The translations under genes were made by a program, and so were the position numbers. Shown piece after piece: positions 26,401 through 40,511 of a stretch of 64,000 nt of DNA (the first letter of the stretch is position 1; every line of letters starts with the position of its first letter). Under the pieces are notes generated by a model that saw nothing but the letters and a program-made list of their open reading frames with translations, did no database searches and had not been told where the DNA came from. The stretch is from assembly GCF_006345805.1 (NCBI RefSeq), contig NC_043001.1, forward strand, positions 105,710,001 to 105,774,000, given 5' to 3'. The DNA is from Octopus sinensis (Eukaryota).

Positions 26401-28077
26401 TTGGAGGATTGTCAGGTATAATTATACTAATATGTCCATCTGTTATTTATGACAAACCTAAAACCCTAACCCTAACACCGTAAAGCTAAGACCAGTACAA
26501 ACGTATGAACGATGTCATAAATAACAGTGAAAAACGAAAAATACACTGCCCATAGTTGTTGTTGACAAACAACGGCAGTAACTTTATTCATCTGAATACA
26601 CGTCATTGATTGTTTGAAATTACCGAAATACGACTAATTTAACGTGAAATAACTTCGTAAATATAAGTTTTTTCTCAAAAATGCTAAGATTAAAGGATGT
26701 TTTATATGACACATTCTACCAGTGTCCGAAGTTTGAAAGTGTTTAGTTACCAAAAATTATTTTTTTAATCTATATGTGAAAAAGGTAAGGATCCAACTAT
26801 TCTTTGTTGAACAGTCATTTAGGTTCATCTTGATAAATCATATAAATGTGTTCAAAGTTTAAAAAAAACATTCGAAATTAAATGTTCCCGACTTGAAATG
26901 TATGTCAAAGTTTCACAGAAATCGTTGTTTTTGACTCCATGTGAAAAAGTAAAATCGAATAATACATGCATCCTTTAGTGCCATCATATTTTTAATTCTG
27001 CACTTAGTATAGCATTTCGTTTGCATCCCACACAAATCTATCTGTCCATATATTATTGTTTATAGTTTGATATTTTTGTCATCGAGTATAACATCTAAAC
27101 TATTATGCGTTATATTGTGCGCTGTCTGTACGCTATTTGTACACTATTATCTCAGGTAACATGATTGTATTTTAGTAAGGTAACGAGTTAACGCCTTTGG
27201 TAAGACAAGTAAGGAGGAAGGTGAGATATAATAGAAATGGAAATAAAATAACATGTCAATCAGCGTGAAATACAATAGAATGAGGAAATTGGAATAAAAC
27301 AAAATAACGAAAAACAATATAAAATACAAAAAAGTAGAGTAAACGAAGATTTAATTTCCTGTAATAGGTTGATGGCTAAAAATACTTTTTAATTCATGGA
27401 TATAAAAGCTTTAAAGTTTCGTGGATATAAAAGTTAAAAATAGGAAGGATGTATAAACGATTTGTGTATATAGAAGAAGGGATGGAAGCAGACTGATAAA
27501 TGACAGACAGATCGATTGGTCGAGTGGCAGATAGCTAGATGGCTTCATGGACCGTTAGATATATAGACAGATGAGTTGGTAGGTTGAAAACATTGATAGT
27601 TCGGTAAGTAGATAGAAGAATTGATAGATTGTCCTACTAATGGTGTCTAACCGGGATGGAGCCTTGTTATTGGGTGTCATAGCTTAGTTAGTTAGGAATT
27701 TCTAATCGATGATTCTTCATTCAAAATCTAATGAAGAATCATCGATATGAGAGCACAAGATAAATAAGCAAAAACACCAGCAACATGACTTACACCCCAT
27801 AAGTTTGATAACCTATTCTTCAATCGGGCTACAGAACTATATATCTATCCATCTATCAATTCATCTATCTATCGGTCTATCTAGCTATCTTGTTATTGAC
27901 CCATCAATCTTACTGTCTATTCATTTATTTATCTGTCTACTTTTATATCCTCAAACCTTTTATGCCTCCTGAAACTTTAAACATTTATATCCATGAATTT
28001 TTTATAAACTTTTATATCCATCAACCTCTAACAGGAAATGTTTATTTTCTCTCTCCTTACCTATGCCCCTTTCTACT

Positions 28078-28425
28078 CTTGGCACAAGACCCGAAAATTT
28101 GGGGGAAATGGCAAGTCGATTACACCAACTCCAGTACTCAACTGGTACTTATTTAACATGATCCTGAAAGGATGAAGGCTAAGTCGACCGCGGGGGAATT
28201 TGAATTCAGAACGTATCCTCTTCTTTCCTAGGCACAAGGCCCGAAATTTTGGGGGAGAGGGCTAGTCGATTAGATCGACCCCAATACACAACTGGTACAT
28301 AATATATCGACCCCGAAGGGATGAAAGGCAAAATCGACCTCGGTGAAATTTGAACTCAGAACGTAACGGCAGACGAAATACGCTAAGGATTTCGCCCGGC
28401 TTGCTAACGATTCTGCCATCTTCCT
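28078..28425 (-). mobile_element. Two tandem family A SINE units (ggcacaaggcccgaaattttgggg tail variant)
   Basis: Two copies of ggcacaag.cccgaaa.tt.ggggga...gtcgatta.a.cgacc.ca.ta...actggtac...gaaaggatgaaggc.aa.tcgacc.cgg.g.aatttgaa.tcagaacgta. Confidence 0.85.
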
Positions 28426-29989
28426 TCCCTATTCTGTAAACGGCGTTATCATCTTATCTTACTATAATTGTCTTAGTAGCTTTATAGTCTATCATTCATC
28501 TTGCATATACAGCAGAGAAATTACGAACATCTATAAGTGGTTTCAAGAATTTGAATCTGGCTGGCTTGGAAACTGAACAATAGAAGTGTTACATGTTTGA
28601 ATCTACTCCAAACATTTCTGCATGGATCCGGGGACGATGTGTTGCATCGTTACAGGAAATATGCATCAGAATGTTTCAATAATGAGACAATTTTGAATAT
28701 TCTTTATTAGCACTATCATGGTTCTTGAACTACTCCGTTGCCTCGGAACCCACTGCATATGTTCTATTTTACTGTGCGATATTTTTCTTTATATTTACAT
28801 CAAATACTGTGTACTTTTCCATAGTGTTTTGCTTGATCAATTTCTATTTGTCTGCAACAGCGAACATTTACCACTTAGATCCTATGAATGCATGAATCAT
28901 GCGCAATATTTGTTTTGGGCGATGTAATATCGTGTTTGTATACACCATTTGCCTAACTCAAAAAGTTCACATGTTTGCGATTGTATGTCAGCATTTCTCA
29001 TGTGTTTTGATGTATCTTGCATGTCAGATGTGATATTTGTTTCATAGTGTATTTGTGGGATTGCCGCAGTTTTATGTTGTATTGTATGGCATTTATAGAT
29101 TAAGGTATACGCAACCCAGTTGTGTTATGTATTGTTATGTATCGCGGTTTGTGTTATTTTATATTTCATACTGGGGCTGAAACCAAATAAAATGGAAACT
29201 GACACATGCAGCTGTTTCTTGTTTCCTCTGTCCATGAATATGTAGTGGAAATGTATTAAGTATTCAATACTTTAAATGTCGAACAAAAAATGCCATTTCG
29301 AAATGCGTCAACCAAAACTTAAGGAAAGTAAATTGTTATAAATAACGCATGAATATTGTAAACATGATTATATGGAGTAACATAGAGAAAATGCAATCAA
29401 AACATGAGTGGATATATATTTATAATGAAACTAATGGCATTATGTATTAGATGTATTTGTTAGATTTATACCAACAAACAAATTCGCGTTTGTATTACGA
29501 CCTTATAAACTGAATAATAACCTTGTCTGCACAGAATATTCTTAAAATAATCTCCATATCATTGCAATAACCATTTGTCTATGAAATATTTATTTAAAGC
29601 AACGTGCTTTGTGATGATTGCGGTTAACCTTTTTTTTCTATTTGCAGTACACAAATTTTGCTAAATTAACAGTCAACTATTGCGACTAATCGTTTCCAAA
29701 AAACTTTATATATATATAATGTTAATACTAAATATGTGCACACCAAAATATTTGTATATAATATTTGCTTTGTTTTTTCATTTACTTATTTTCTTTCGAA
29801 GTATATAAAGCATCACATTGCTTTAATTGCTTTTAAAATTATTTTCGTTTTCATCGGTTCTGTAACGAATATTTATGTAAATCGCCATCAGAATTTATTC
29901 TTACACAGATGACTACATAAATGGGACACGATAATGAGAAACTTGAGAACACAGACTTGATTGCATCCTACTGCTAGACATTGTTTCAG

Positions 29990-30831
29990 TTTACCTCCAC
30001 AATTAATGACATGGAAATTGATAATCCACCGCATCTTTTCGTGTAACCGAAACCAATAGCGTGCCTTAAAGGATAAAACAGCATTCATAAATATGGAGAA
30101 ATACATACAGATATATGGAAAACTATTTAATCGGCATAGTGTAAAGTTTCCGCATTCAACCACTAGAAATTTAGCTGAGATTATAGCAGCACACAATAAA
30201 CGTAAAATTAGGGAATATATAAATTCTAAATTCATAAACAAAATTCAAATTTATAATGTGTATAGTGAAATAAACTCTAATGATACTCTTTCTGTATAAG
30301 GTTTTGGCTCTATAACTGATAATACAACGAGGTTATCGCCTAGGCTTAATATCAATTGTAATAATAATACTTCAACCTTAACACGTAATTTACAGAGGAG
30401 AACTAGTGAAAATTCTTTTTAACTATGAGTACCAAATTCAAGTGAATAAATGCCTGTGTAATTGTCAAAACGAAATTGTGTGCCCTTCAGAGAATCAGTG
30501 TCTAAGGAATTATATAGTCTATTAGTATAAGTTAATAACTGTATATCGTAAGCAATATTATATTGGTTCATCTGATACAGTTTGGGAATCTAGATTTCAT
30601 AATCATTGTCATTCATTTAAGTATAGAAGAAAAAGTAATTCTACAAATCTTAGTAAATACATTTCAGATTTAAAAGATAAGAACATTAACTATCATCTAA
30701 AGTGGCATATTATTAGTTATGCATCATTGTACAATATTGGTAATTCTACATGTGATATTTGTCTTGAAGAAATGTATTATATAATTACTTCTAAATTAAT
30801 ACTATTAAATTTTCATGAACATTTACAATAA
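29990..30831 (+). pseudogene. Penelope-like element remnant: RT-EN linker and GIY-YIG endonuclease
   Basis: KLFNRHSVKFPHSTTRNLAEIIAAHNKRKI (about 30120), then 30445-30831 NKCLCNCQNEIVCPSENQCLRNYIVY*YKLITVYRKQYYIGSSDTVWESRFHNHCHSF...CDICLEEMYYI. This shows the Cys linker, IVY/YIG, R-x3-H and CxxCxxE motifs, with one in-frame stop. Confidence 0.8.
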
Positions 30832-31112
30832 GTTGTTGCCATAGATTTAGGACATTCAGATATATCAGTTACTAATTATAATAATTTTTCACATATTACA
30901 TAATAAGGTTCTTTCTTATAAAGGGTTTGATACAATGGACAAATAGAAAACTAATTGCTGTGATGTCAAGTATCTAAGATTCTGTTAACCATAATGTAGA
31001 ATTACTATCTTTATTTTTTATTCTTTAGTTGTCGAGTGACGTCACTAATAGTTGAATACAAAAATGACTCTTCTTAAATAGGTTTCTTATGTATATATCG
31101 ACGGATGTATAC

Positions 31113-31185
<73 letters not shown>

Positions 31186-32859
31186 AGTGAGTGAGTGTGT
31201 TTATGTGTGTGTGTTTGGGTGCGCGTTTGTGTGTGTGTGTACGTATGTATGTACAATGACATATTTTCAATTAATGACGAATTCTTATAGAAAATTCTTC
31301 ATATGAAATTTGTACATAAATGAATGAACTCCAGCATAAGCCTTTCCCACACTGTCTCAGTTTCTGCTCTCTCTCTCTCTTACCCCACCTCTCTCGCTCT
31401 TCCTTGTATATATATATATATATATTATATATATATATATATATATATTCTACACAAACACAAACACGCACACACACATATATATATAAGCAGACACTTA
31501 CACACACTCCCCGACGTACACACACACACACTCAAACCTATACATGTGATGCCTGTGTCACAAATCATTATTTGTTTCATCATATTGTGTTGAGGCAAGA
31601 ATAAATTCAAGAAAATTATAAACACTAAGCAATTATAAGCTGTCAATACAGTAAATGATGATGATGATGACGATTCTGTGCAAATGTAAACAATAGATTC
31701 TAATAATTAGGATCAGCCCATGAAAAATTTCCTTTAAATTTCCTGTATTAAACTATGTTTGTCCATTGTGTGTTTTACTCTGGAATCTAAAAAAACAAAT
31801 ATGAAGTTTTCAACAATGCTGTGAACAAGATAGGAAATAAAAATCGATATTTTAATTCACTGTACTTTCTGACGTCGTTGTTAATATTGCATGGAATATA
31901 TCTGAACATAAGACATACATGAAAAGAGTTTTAATTATACAAAACATAGTTAAAACACATATTCCAAAAATCAATAACTTATTAAAGTTCCTGTATAACT
32001 CGGAGAATGAGGGAAGTCATTTTTGAACGTTACATTTAATATTCGATGAATGAGTATTTATTGCAAATTTATTGGTAAAAAATATACAAATTCCTATATT
32101 TATGAGTCTAGAAGAACGAAATATTTCATTTTCCTTTTTTTTCATGTAATCTACTGCTTCACTTTGAAATTTACAAACATAATTTGCAATTCACCGAAGA
32201 GTAATGTATCTTCGTAGACTTGCACTGAATGTAATCTATATATATATAACGACATTAAAAAATTGTTCAACATTTATACGTCTACTCGCCATTAGAAGGA
32301 TAGCACAATGTTTAAAATTGATGCATTCAGTGTAACGACACTCAAGGGACACTAGCTGTTGTCATCTTGTAAACAAAATTCATTATTTTAATAATGATAA
32401 GTATAAGTCACCAATGGCGACTTATACATAATACTTTCAATGCTAACTTAGATTGCTGTTTTTTTTCTTTTTTCTTTCGTCTACGTCAAGCTCTTATCGA
32501 GCAAAATTATAATAAATGGTGTTTCAGGAGGATATAACGCACTAAAATATTCAAAGTTCTTTTCTACTTTAAGACGTTGCACAAATGTTTGATGAAGATT
32601 TGGCTTATACTAAACAGACACCTGCGGATGTGTTGCAATTTCTTTGCTAGTTCCTACTGACACAAAGACATAAAGAGGGTGTGTACATGCAATGCAAAGT
32701 ACTAATATATTAAATTACGTAGGTAAATATGAATATGATTAATAGGTAGAATACCTGTGCGACCAATAATTAAAAAAGTGTATAGATATTAGGTAAAATA
32801 CAAAACATTTATAGGTTCCAAATAAGGAGACTATTATTATACTGGAGCTACCTTTGGGT

Positions 32860-33192
32860 GAGGGGCCAATCGATGAGATCGACCTCAGTCGAAACTGCTA
32901 CTTAATTTATTGGGGAAGTCGACCTCGGCGGAATTTGAACTCAGAACGTAACCGCAGACAAAATACCTATTTCTTTACTACCCACAAGAGGCTAAACACA
33001 GAGAGGACAAACAAGGACAGACGAATGAATTAAGTCGATTATATCGACCCCAGTGCGTAACTGGTACTTATTTAATCGACCCCGAAAGGATGAAATGCAA
33101 AGTCGACCTCGGCGGAATTTGAACTCAGAACGTAACCGCAGACGAAATACAGCTACGCATTTCGTGTTAACGATTCTGCCAGCTCGTCACCT
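32860..33192 (-). mobile_element. Family A SINE, multimeric copy
   Basis: gtcgacctcggcggaatttgaactcagaacgtaaccgcagac occurs twice, with a head ending ttctgccagctcgtcacct. Confidence 0.9.
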
Positions 33193-35289
33193 TATGACCT
33201 GGAAATATTTTCTGCGCATCAAAGGGTTTCTGTTACGTTTAAGTATTTTTCTTACTAAACATTGATACATAAACATTAATCTTATTCCACTCGCTTGACA
33301 CGTGGATGTAATGAAAAATGAATAAACATCTCTAAGTGCGACTTTGCTGCCGATCACAATATCAGCGAGTGGTGTAATAAACATTCTCCGAGTAATGCAA
33401 GCACAATATCTGATTAATTTCTCATTTGTATTTATTTTACCTACTCCAGTGAAGCAGACATAAAAAACACAAGATCATTGTACTTTCTATATCTTATTCA
33501 GTTCGTGTGCACTTTCTTGGTAATCTCTCATTTATTGATTCTATTATATGTACTGATATCAACTAATCTTTCGGTTGAAATATAACTTTACGTATGTTCC
33601 ACAAAATTTTACTAGTTACGGTCATCTCTATAAATTTGCTATAGAAATTATAGGCAGCAGTGATGTCGTGACGACGTTTCGTATCTGAGATTCCTGGTCT
33701 AAATAAGAATGAGATCGTAGATGACCAATGGGTAATGGGTTTATATACCATGTTTCAGAGGTTTTGCTCCTTCATTACCACCTATCCAACCAATAAATCA
33801 TTCACGAACACATTGCGTACATAACCACTAAAGATAGCGGTGTTATTTTATTGATACGCCTATTTTATATATTAGACATATTCCTACGAGCTGGATGTAA
33901 TGGCACAGCTAACACAGTAGAAAATAATATTGAGTGATAAAACATTTGATATACTTTGTAGTGTACTTTGATGGCATAATGAAATATAATATCCATACAA
34001 ATCATTAATATTTACGTACAAACTTCTAGGAATATACTTAATATATAAAATTGGTATATCCAATAACGTTACACCGCTATATTTGGTGGCCATTTAAGCA
34101 GTGTGGTTGTGAATGTTTAAGGAGTTGGGTGGATGCTGGTGAAGGAGCAAAACGTCTAAAATGTTACATATACGCCCATTGCCCATTTTTTTCATATTCC
34201 ATCTCATTCTTGTTTACATCAGGCGTCCTGGATATGAAATGCAGTAACAAAATCAGTGCTGGTTATATTTCCTGTTGAACAACGGTACAGATAACCTTAT
34301 CAAGTGATTTAATAACACGGCTAACACAGTAGAACAGAGTATTGACTTAAGAAAACCTTTGATATAAACGAGATACGGTGTCTCTACTGTTCTACAAAAT
34401 GACCAACAACTTTTACTCAAACTTTAGGATTGTGTAGTTTTTGACATGATAATTACACCTGTTAATTAATTTTGACAAGATAGATACACTTTAACCATAC
34501 TAGGTGGTAAGCATCGACGGGTCCGAAAGAAATTAATTCTATAGTCATTCTACCAACATGTGTACCCCAGCACACGGGCGCCTATACTTACACTCACAGA
34601 CTCATATACATACACATACACATACACTCACACATATGGAATAAAATACATTGAATAATCTTTCGATTTATGATCCAGAAGGTGTGTCCACTGAATTCCG
34701 CAATGCAACTTATTGTTTTTATTTCTATAAACTTGGAAGTTTATCCCGGTACATAAATGTGTGTTTTACTTGCAAATGATAAGTAATTTTGATGTAGAAT
34801 AATACTTTCGGCTTTAAATTATTCTTCTAATTCTATTTCATTGTTTTTCATTTACCCTCATCTACATTTATCTTCTCCAACCAGCATACATTTACTCACT
34901 CGCCATTTGTTGTGTCGCTCTTCCGGCGCCAATGTGTCATTCAACAAAATAATTGTCTAATTATTATACGATTTACAGCAACAACTAAATGTAAATTCAG
35001 TTTTGAAAATATCTTATTGAGATATGCAATAACATTGTTTAATTCGGACAGATTCGATTTATTCTTATTCATTTCATTATTTTAAGTTTTATAGCTTTTG
35101 TGGAAGCGAGTGTTTTAGTGTAAAATGAAATAAAATATATATTTAATATTTCACTTTAACATGTGACTTATCAATTTTGCTCATAATATAATGGCAGCAA
35201 ATCATATAATTACAATTCTTTTCACTTGCGCCATAAACAGGAAAAATATCATCCATAATATGGCGAATAATCTTTATTTATATCTTTCT

Positions 35290-36040
35290 ATATCTCCGCT
35301 TGGTCGACTTACCCAGACCAATGCAAATATTGCACACCAAATCTTCCAGAGTAGACTTCATATCGTCAGCTTGATATCCAGTATCTTTCACAAGTTGATC
35401 GCTATGTGATCTTCTTGGTCTTTCGATTACTTTTATGTCTATACGTGTGTTTCCAGAGAAGATCACTGGATATTTCGATCTTATGTCTCCATCAATTTCC
35501 TACAAAACACGTCCTCCTTTCCATGATTACCAAATGAAAGCATGGAAACTGACATCTAGTCGTATATTTGTTGGGGGCTGAATCTGAGGAAGACTGAGAA
35601 CTGCACGCAGCATTGTCATGTATGTGCTTCCAAGCTTCTTTTAAAGTCTCTTTTTCGGTGTACATACTGACAACAAGACAGACGGACTCATTCAGCTACT
35701 ACTTGCAAGAAACTTCTCTACTTATTCTCAGAAAGAGAAGATTTCCATGTAATTCTGAGTCTGTCTAGGGTACTCCATGTCTTTGCAATGCCTACCTGGA
35801 TATGATTCGTTGTTTAAGCAACTTTACTTCCCAGATAGGAAATGTGATCAAACCTCTTTAGATCGGTGACATTTAGAGCACACATATCACGTTTCCTTTG
35901 AGCCCTTAGGGCTCAGAATCAGTCATATAGTGCTATTTTGTACCTCTGCAGACGCGAGTGCACGCAACACTTTCTCTAGTAGTTCTTTTATTCCCTACAA
36001 GATCAAAAGCATCTTGCATAGTCAACATTCGATATTCTTA
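35290..36040 (-). pseudogene. RTE-clade LINE 3' remnant
   Basis: Minus strand gives IAKTWSTLDRLRITWKSSLSENK*RSFLQ...KKKLGSTYMTMLRAVL and ERPRRSHSDQLVKDTGYQADDMKSTLED, resembling the RTE C-terminal motifs WKSxLS...KKLDGxYTRMLRA and GRPxxTYIDQLxxDTG. Many stops. Confidence 0.7.
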
Positions 36041-36086
36041 CTGCGAAAGTTGAATATTGCGTGAGTAGGAACATTGTGATAAAATA

Positions 36087-37011
36087 TTGGGTCATCGCCT
36101 AAATAAAGCATTTTATTTTATACTTCTTTTATTTTTCAAAATTAAGATAAACAAAGTTCCTGTTTAATCTAAAATATACTCACCTTCATTTTCTATAATA
36201 TGCTTCCATCTATCTGGTAGACTTGCAAGGCCCTTCTTCCAAAATTCACTTGTCTGTGATGAAAGATATTCCTTCATTAACGTTCTGGCCTCGTCTACAA
36301 AATTCATATTTTTTCCGTACAAATGACTGTGAAGACTGCGGAATAAATGATTATCAGCTGGGGAAATGTCCGACGAATATGGTTCGTGAGACATCATTTG
36401 CCATTCAAACTGCTCCAGCCTTTGGAATGTTACCCTCGCTATATGTGGCCGAGTATTATCCTGATGGAAGAACACTTTTCGTCTTGCAATCAAAGACGGT
36501 CGCTTTGTTCTCGCGCTGGTGTTGATGAATGGTTGAATGACCAAATCCAATCTTCTCAGATAGTTCATCAAAAAGTTACGGTGGGATTTTGTTCTGCTAG
36601 CTTTTGCAGGACGCACTCGTCGAGCTATACAGATCTTCCAAGATGAGCTCCATCTTCTAGTCTGTAGTTTCTGGCTCGGAATTTCTGGAACCACTGTTGA
36701 CACTGGTTTACGCTTATTGTCCAATCTCCATATACTGCATTAATATTCTCCACACTTTCTGTTGCGTGGCTTCCTTTATTGAATGCATAAAGCAAAATAT
36801 GCTGAATATGCTCCTTTGTTGCTTCCATTGTAGCTTTGAAAAAATAAGTGTTAAAATCGAACTGCACTGTTCAAAACTTTACTGGGAATAGGTACAATGT
36901 AAAATTACTTCCTGCTTTTATAGAAAGTTGATGCAGGAAATTTATTCCGTCCCTCGTCGACCTTTAGCTCATGCAATTGAAAAAAAACGCATTATTTATG
37001 GGATGACCCAA
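36087..37011 (-). mobile_element. Internally deleted mariner transposon (D34D) with both TIRs and TA target duplication
   Basis: TA|ttgggtcatcgcctaaataaagcattt ... aacgcattatttatgggatgacccaa|TA. N-terminal HTH from the ATG at 36828 (MEATKEHIQHILLYAFNKG...WFQKFR). C-terminal HQDNTRPH...YSSDISPAD with 34 residues between the Asp residues. Central catalytic part missing. Confidence 0.92.
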
Positions 37012-38481
37012 TATATGCATAATATATCATGACGTTTAAAATATTACGAACTGCTTTTTTTTAGATTTATCAGAGCGAAAACATTCCGCAAAATGTGAAA
37101 ACATATAATACAGAAATATGAAAGCAGATGTTCAGCTAATTTAGGATAGGAACAAAACTAGAAACATCGATAGATATATAGCGAAACGTGAACAACGCCC
37201 ACTGCCTATTGTAATTATCATTCTTCAATTCCATGCTTTTTATTAAAAAATCTCAACAAAATTATATTCAAATAGTATAGGAGTATTAGCATTTGCCAAA
37301 TGCGAACCTCAGAGCGTCTGAAAATATCAGAACTGCCCAACGAAACATCTGTCTGTAAAATGCCGATCTTTAAATCATCATCGTAAAGTTCACCACAGTA
37401 ACAAGGAATGCATTGGCGCTTGATTCCGAGTGCTTTTTCTATTCACTGTAAGCTATGAAGGATCATATTGTACATAATGAGCCTGTCAATAGACGAGAAA
37501 CTATATTGAGTTGTTGGAGGTTAGCACAGGCATTTATCTTCCGAATAATTTGTGATGCGTTTTATAACATTGAAATTATTATGGAAATGCATTAAGCAGT
37601 ATTCGTTTTTGGCGACATAATATTTTCGAGTTGTCTACCTGCCAGCTTCCAGCATTCTGTGAATGTGTCAATTACCCTTTATTCGTCAATCTCTCAATCT
37701 TTCTCCTTTTCTCTCTTTGCCTCCCTCTCAGAATTCCACTGAGATAAATTCTTTCTATCACATCGTTTCGGTACTAACGTTTGTTTACTTGCGCCGTTCT
37801 TCGATATCTATTTTTCTGTTTCAGAAACATGCACGCGAGCGCGCATTCACACAGACACACATACGAAAAGGACAACACACACACACACACATACACATAC
37901 GCACATCTAAACTCACACACACACACAAACCTACGAAGAGAAAATCCCATACACAGGCACACACATTCATCATATTCATATTCGCTTTTGCTATTTCCAT
38001 TCATGAATTTCTTCCTTTCATACACGGGCAATATTCTTCTTACTAGATGTGCGAGTTGTCACTATTTCTCTCAAAACACCATAATTTATCGTAATATTAT
38101 TCAGTGCGTATAATGAGAGATAAAGATCAACATATTTTACTTAAAACCTCAACAAAGATCCGATAACATTTCTTGAATTAGAATGGCTGCATTAGAAACT
38201 ATACTTAACACTCGCAGACATTTTGGTGCCTGAACTTTCAAGAGCTTTACCTTCTGTAGATCATACATACAATTACACAGGAAAGTGTATAAACATATAT
38301 GCTTAAATATATACATACATACACACATGAGTGTATACATATAGATATATGTACCTACACGCGCACACTCACACAAATAAATACACACAGAAACGTATAT
38401 GTGTTGGTTTGTGTGTGTGCGTACGCAAACAGATATACATATATTTTTTTATATTATTATTGCTCTTGTTATAAAATTATA

Positions 38482-38554
<73 letters not shown>

Positions 38555-38566
38555 TTATTATTATTA
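38482..38566. repeat. (ACT)n(ATT)n microsatellite at the 3' end of an R4/Dong-like element
   Basis: Direct reading of the sequence. Confidence 0.9.
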
Positions 38567-38567
38567 T

Positions 38568-38890
38568 AGTCTTTGTACAGCTTCTAACGGAATATTCGAG
38601 TGGTTATTGGCAGTGCTGTTTTCTGCAAATGCTCCACCTTTATTGCAGCTCCTATTTTCTCCATGTACTTCTAAAGATTTCTGTTCATAATTCCCAGGAC
38701 TCCGACAATTATTGGTACTGCAACTACCTTTTTCATTGACCACAACTGCTTAAACTCCCAAGCTAACCTGTTATATCTATCGACTTTTCTTTCTTCCTTA
38801 TCGCATACCTTGTTGTTCCAAACCACGAAAAAACTAATTCACTGCTGGATATTCATTCCCTGTTGCTTTCCCTTACTCTGGCTTTTAGCG
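38568..38890 (-). mobile_element. R4/Dong-like retrotransposon 3' end remnant
   Basis: Minus strand gives KVCDKEERKVDRYNRLAWEFKQLWSMKKVVAVPIIVGVLGIMNRNL*KYMEKIGAAIKVEHLQK. Ends gttagaagctgtacaaag followed by (TAA)n(TAG)n. Confidence 0.8.
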
Positions 38891-40004
38891 CGCTGTTTGT
38901 GGGACATTTGAATTGAATTCCTCAATATATAAAGATGTAAATTTGATATGCAGAATATCCTGTCCGATGCGGTATATATTGAGTTTTATAATTATATGTC
39001 CATAGAAATTCTCGCTGATGACATATAGATGGTTTAGTGCATTGATTGATTAATTAATTAATTAATTAATTAATTAGTATAGTTAATCGTTAAGGGAGAA
39101 ACTTCGAAGTACAGCACTGACTACTGACCGCCTACATTAAAACTGCTACGATATGAATCAGTTTTTTCGTGGTTTGAGATTTAACTACTATTTCTAACGT
39201 GTTGGTAAACCAATTAGTGGCATTTCCCTTCGTGTATAATTTTTATACACACATATGATATATCTACACACACACATATCAATGTGTTTGTGTCTGTATG
39301 TGTGTACATGTGCGTGCGCGCGTGTGTGCATATGTATATAATTGATGTGTATAATATATAACGATGTTTTAAACTTCTATAATCTGATTTGACCGTAGTT
39401 TAAGAATGTTTTATAAAGTACGTGTTGGGAATCCCTTACTAATAAAATTATAATTTAATTGATATACTAAATTAATTGCCTCTCGTAATTAGTTCTGCTG
39501 TAATGTGCAATGCCCAAATACTTGAAATGCAAAAATTTTCCGAGTTTGTTAATTCTCCTGTAACATTACTGTAAAGTTTGTTTAATCTTGGTGCAGGCCT
39601 GGATTATCCATGTGTCCGCTGCTCCAGGATTTATTTCATACACTTAGTTACGTTTCTTTCTCCTTATTTCGAAGGCTTTCCAACCATGTGTTATGTTATA
39701 TCTGCATAATAACAGCATAGACATTTTTCGATATATATCGATACATGTCATAGATTATTTATGAATATGTAATAATGCTGGTATTGTTTATACCACACAA
39801 AGATAGGCAAGCTAATTCTAACGTATTTAATCCATTTATTGGAGATTTTGAAACTGAGAGTGGATAGCCTCTTAACAGATGGATATGTGTTTTGCTAATT
39901 TTGACAATATTTCAGGAAACAAATAAATATGTTGTCCGAGCATATTCCTCACCTTTGGTGGAAACTGATATGCATTTATATCTCTCTTGCCAGAGATTTC
40001 TTGT

Positions 40005-40305
40005 GGAGGCGCGTGGCTTTGTGGCTTAGGGGTATTCGGCTCGCAATCGTAAAGTCGTGTTTTCGAATCAAGGCCGCGCGTTGTGTCCTTGCGCAAGACA
40101 CTTTACCTTCCTGTTGCTCCAGTCTACTCAGCTAGCAAAAACGAACAGTACCTGTAATTCAAAGGGGCCAGCCTTTTGAGCTACGTTAATGATACGCGTG
40201 ACTGTGGAGTACTCAGCCACTTGCACGTTGATTTCCCGAGTAGGCTACTCTGATCGTATCAATTGGAACTCGTACCGCCGTAACCGATTAAGTGCTAGCA
40301 CAAAA
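40005..40305 (+). mobile_element. tRNA-headed SINE family D with Meta-like core
   Basis: ggaggcgcgtggc...ttttcgaatc, core gttgtgtccttgcgcaagacactttac...ttgctccagtctactcagct, and tail ccacttgcacgttgatttc that also occurs reversed at 61262-61375. Confidence 0.7.
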
Positions 40306-40511
40306 GTAGTAAATAATTTCTAGTCGCATCTGGGACACGAGCGGGAATACCTGTTCAATTTCAGTCATTGTAGATATTTACTCATAAACGAGACATGTAA
40401 CATATTACGTGTTATAAAAAAGGCAATATGGTTGTATTCTTAAACTCAGAGTTTGCACACCTTAACCTATGCGGAAAGATATGTACCAACAGCTGCCTTC
40501 TTGTTTTTCAG

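Noticed and set aside
26455-26480. Telomere-like ccctaaccctaa
   Set aside because: Only two units, within what looks like an unclassified interspersed repeat. Insufficient for an interstitial telomere call.
29888-30241. 117-aa Cys-containing minus-strand ORF
   Set aside because: It lies antisense to the Penelope-like remnant, which explains the region.
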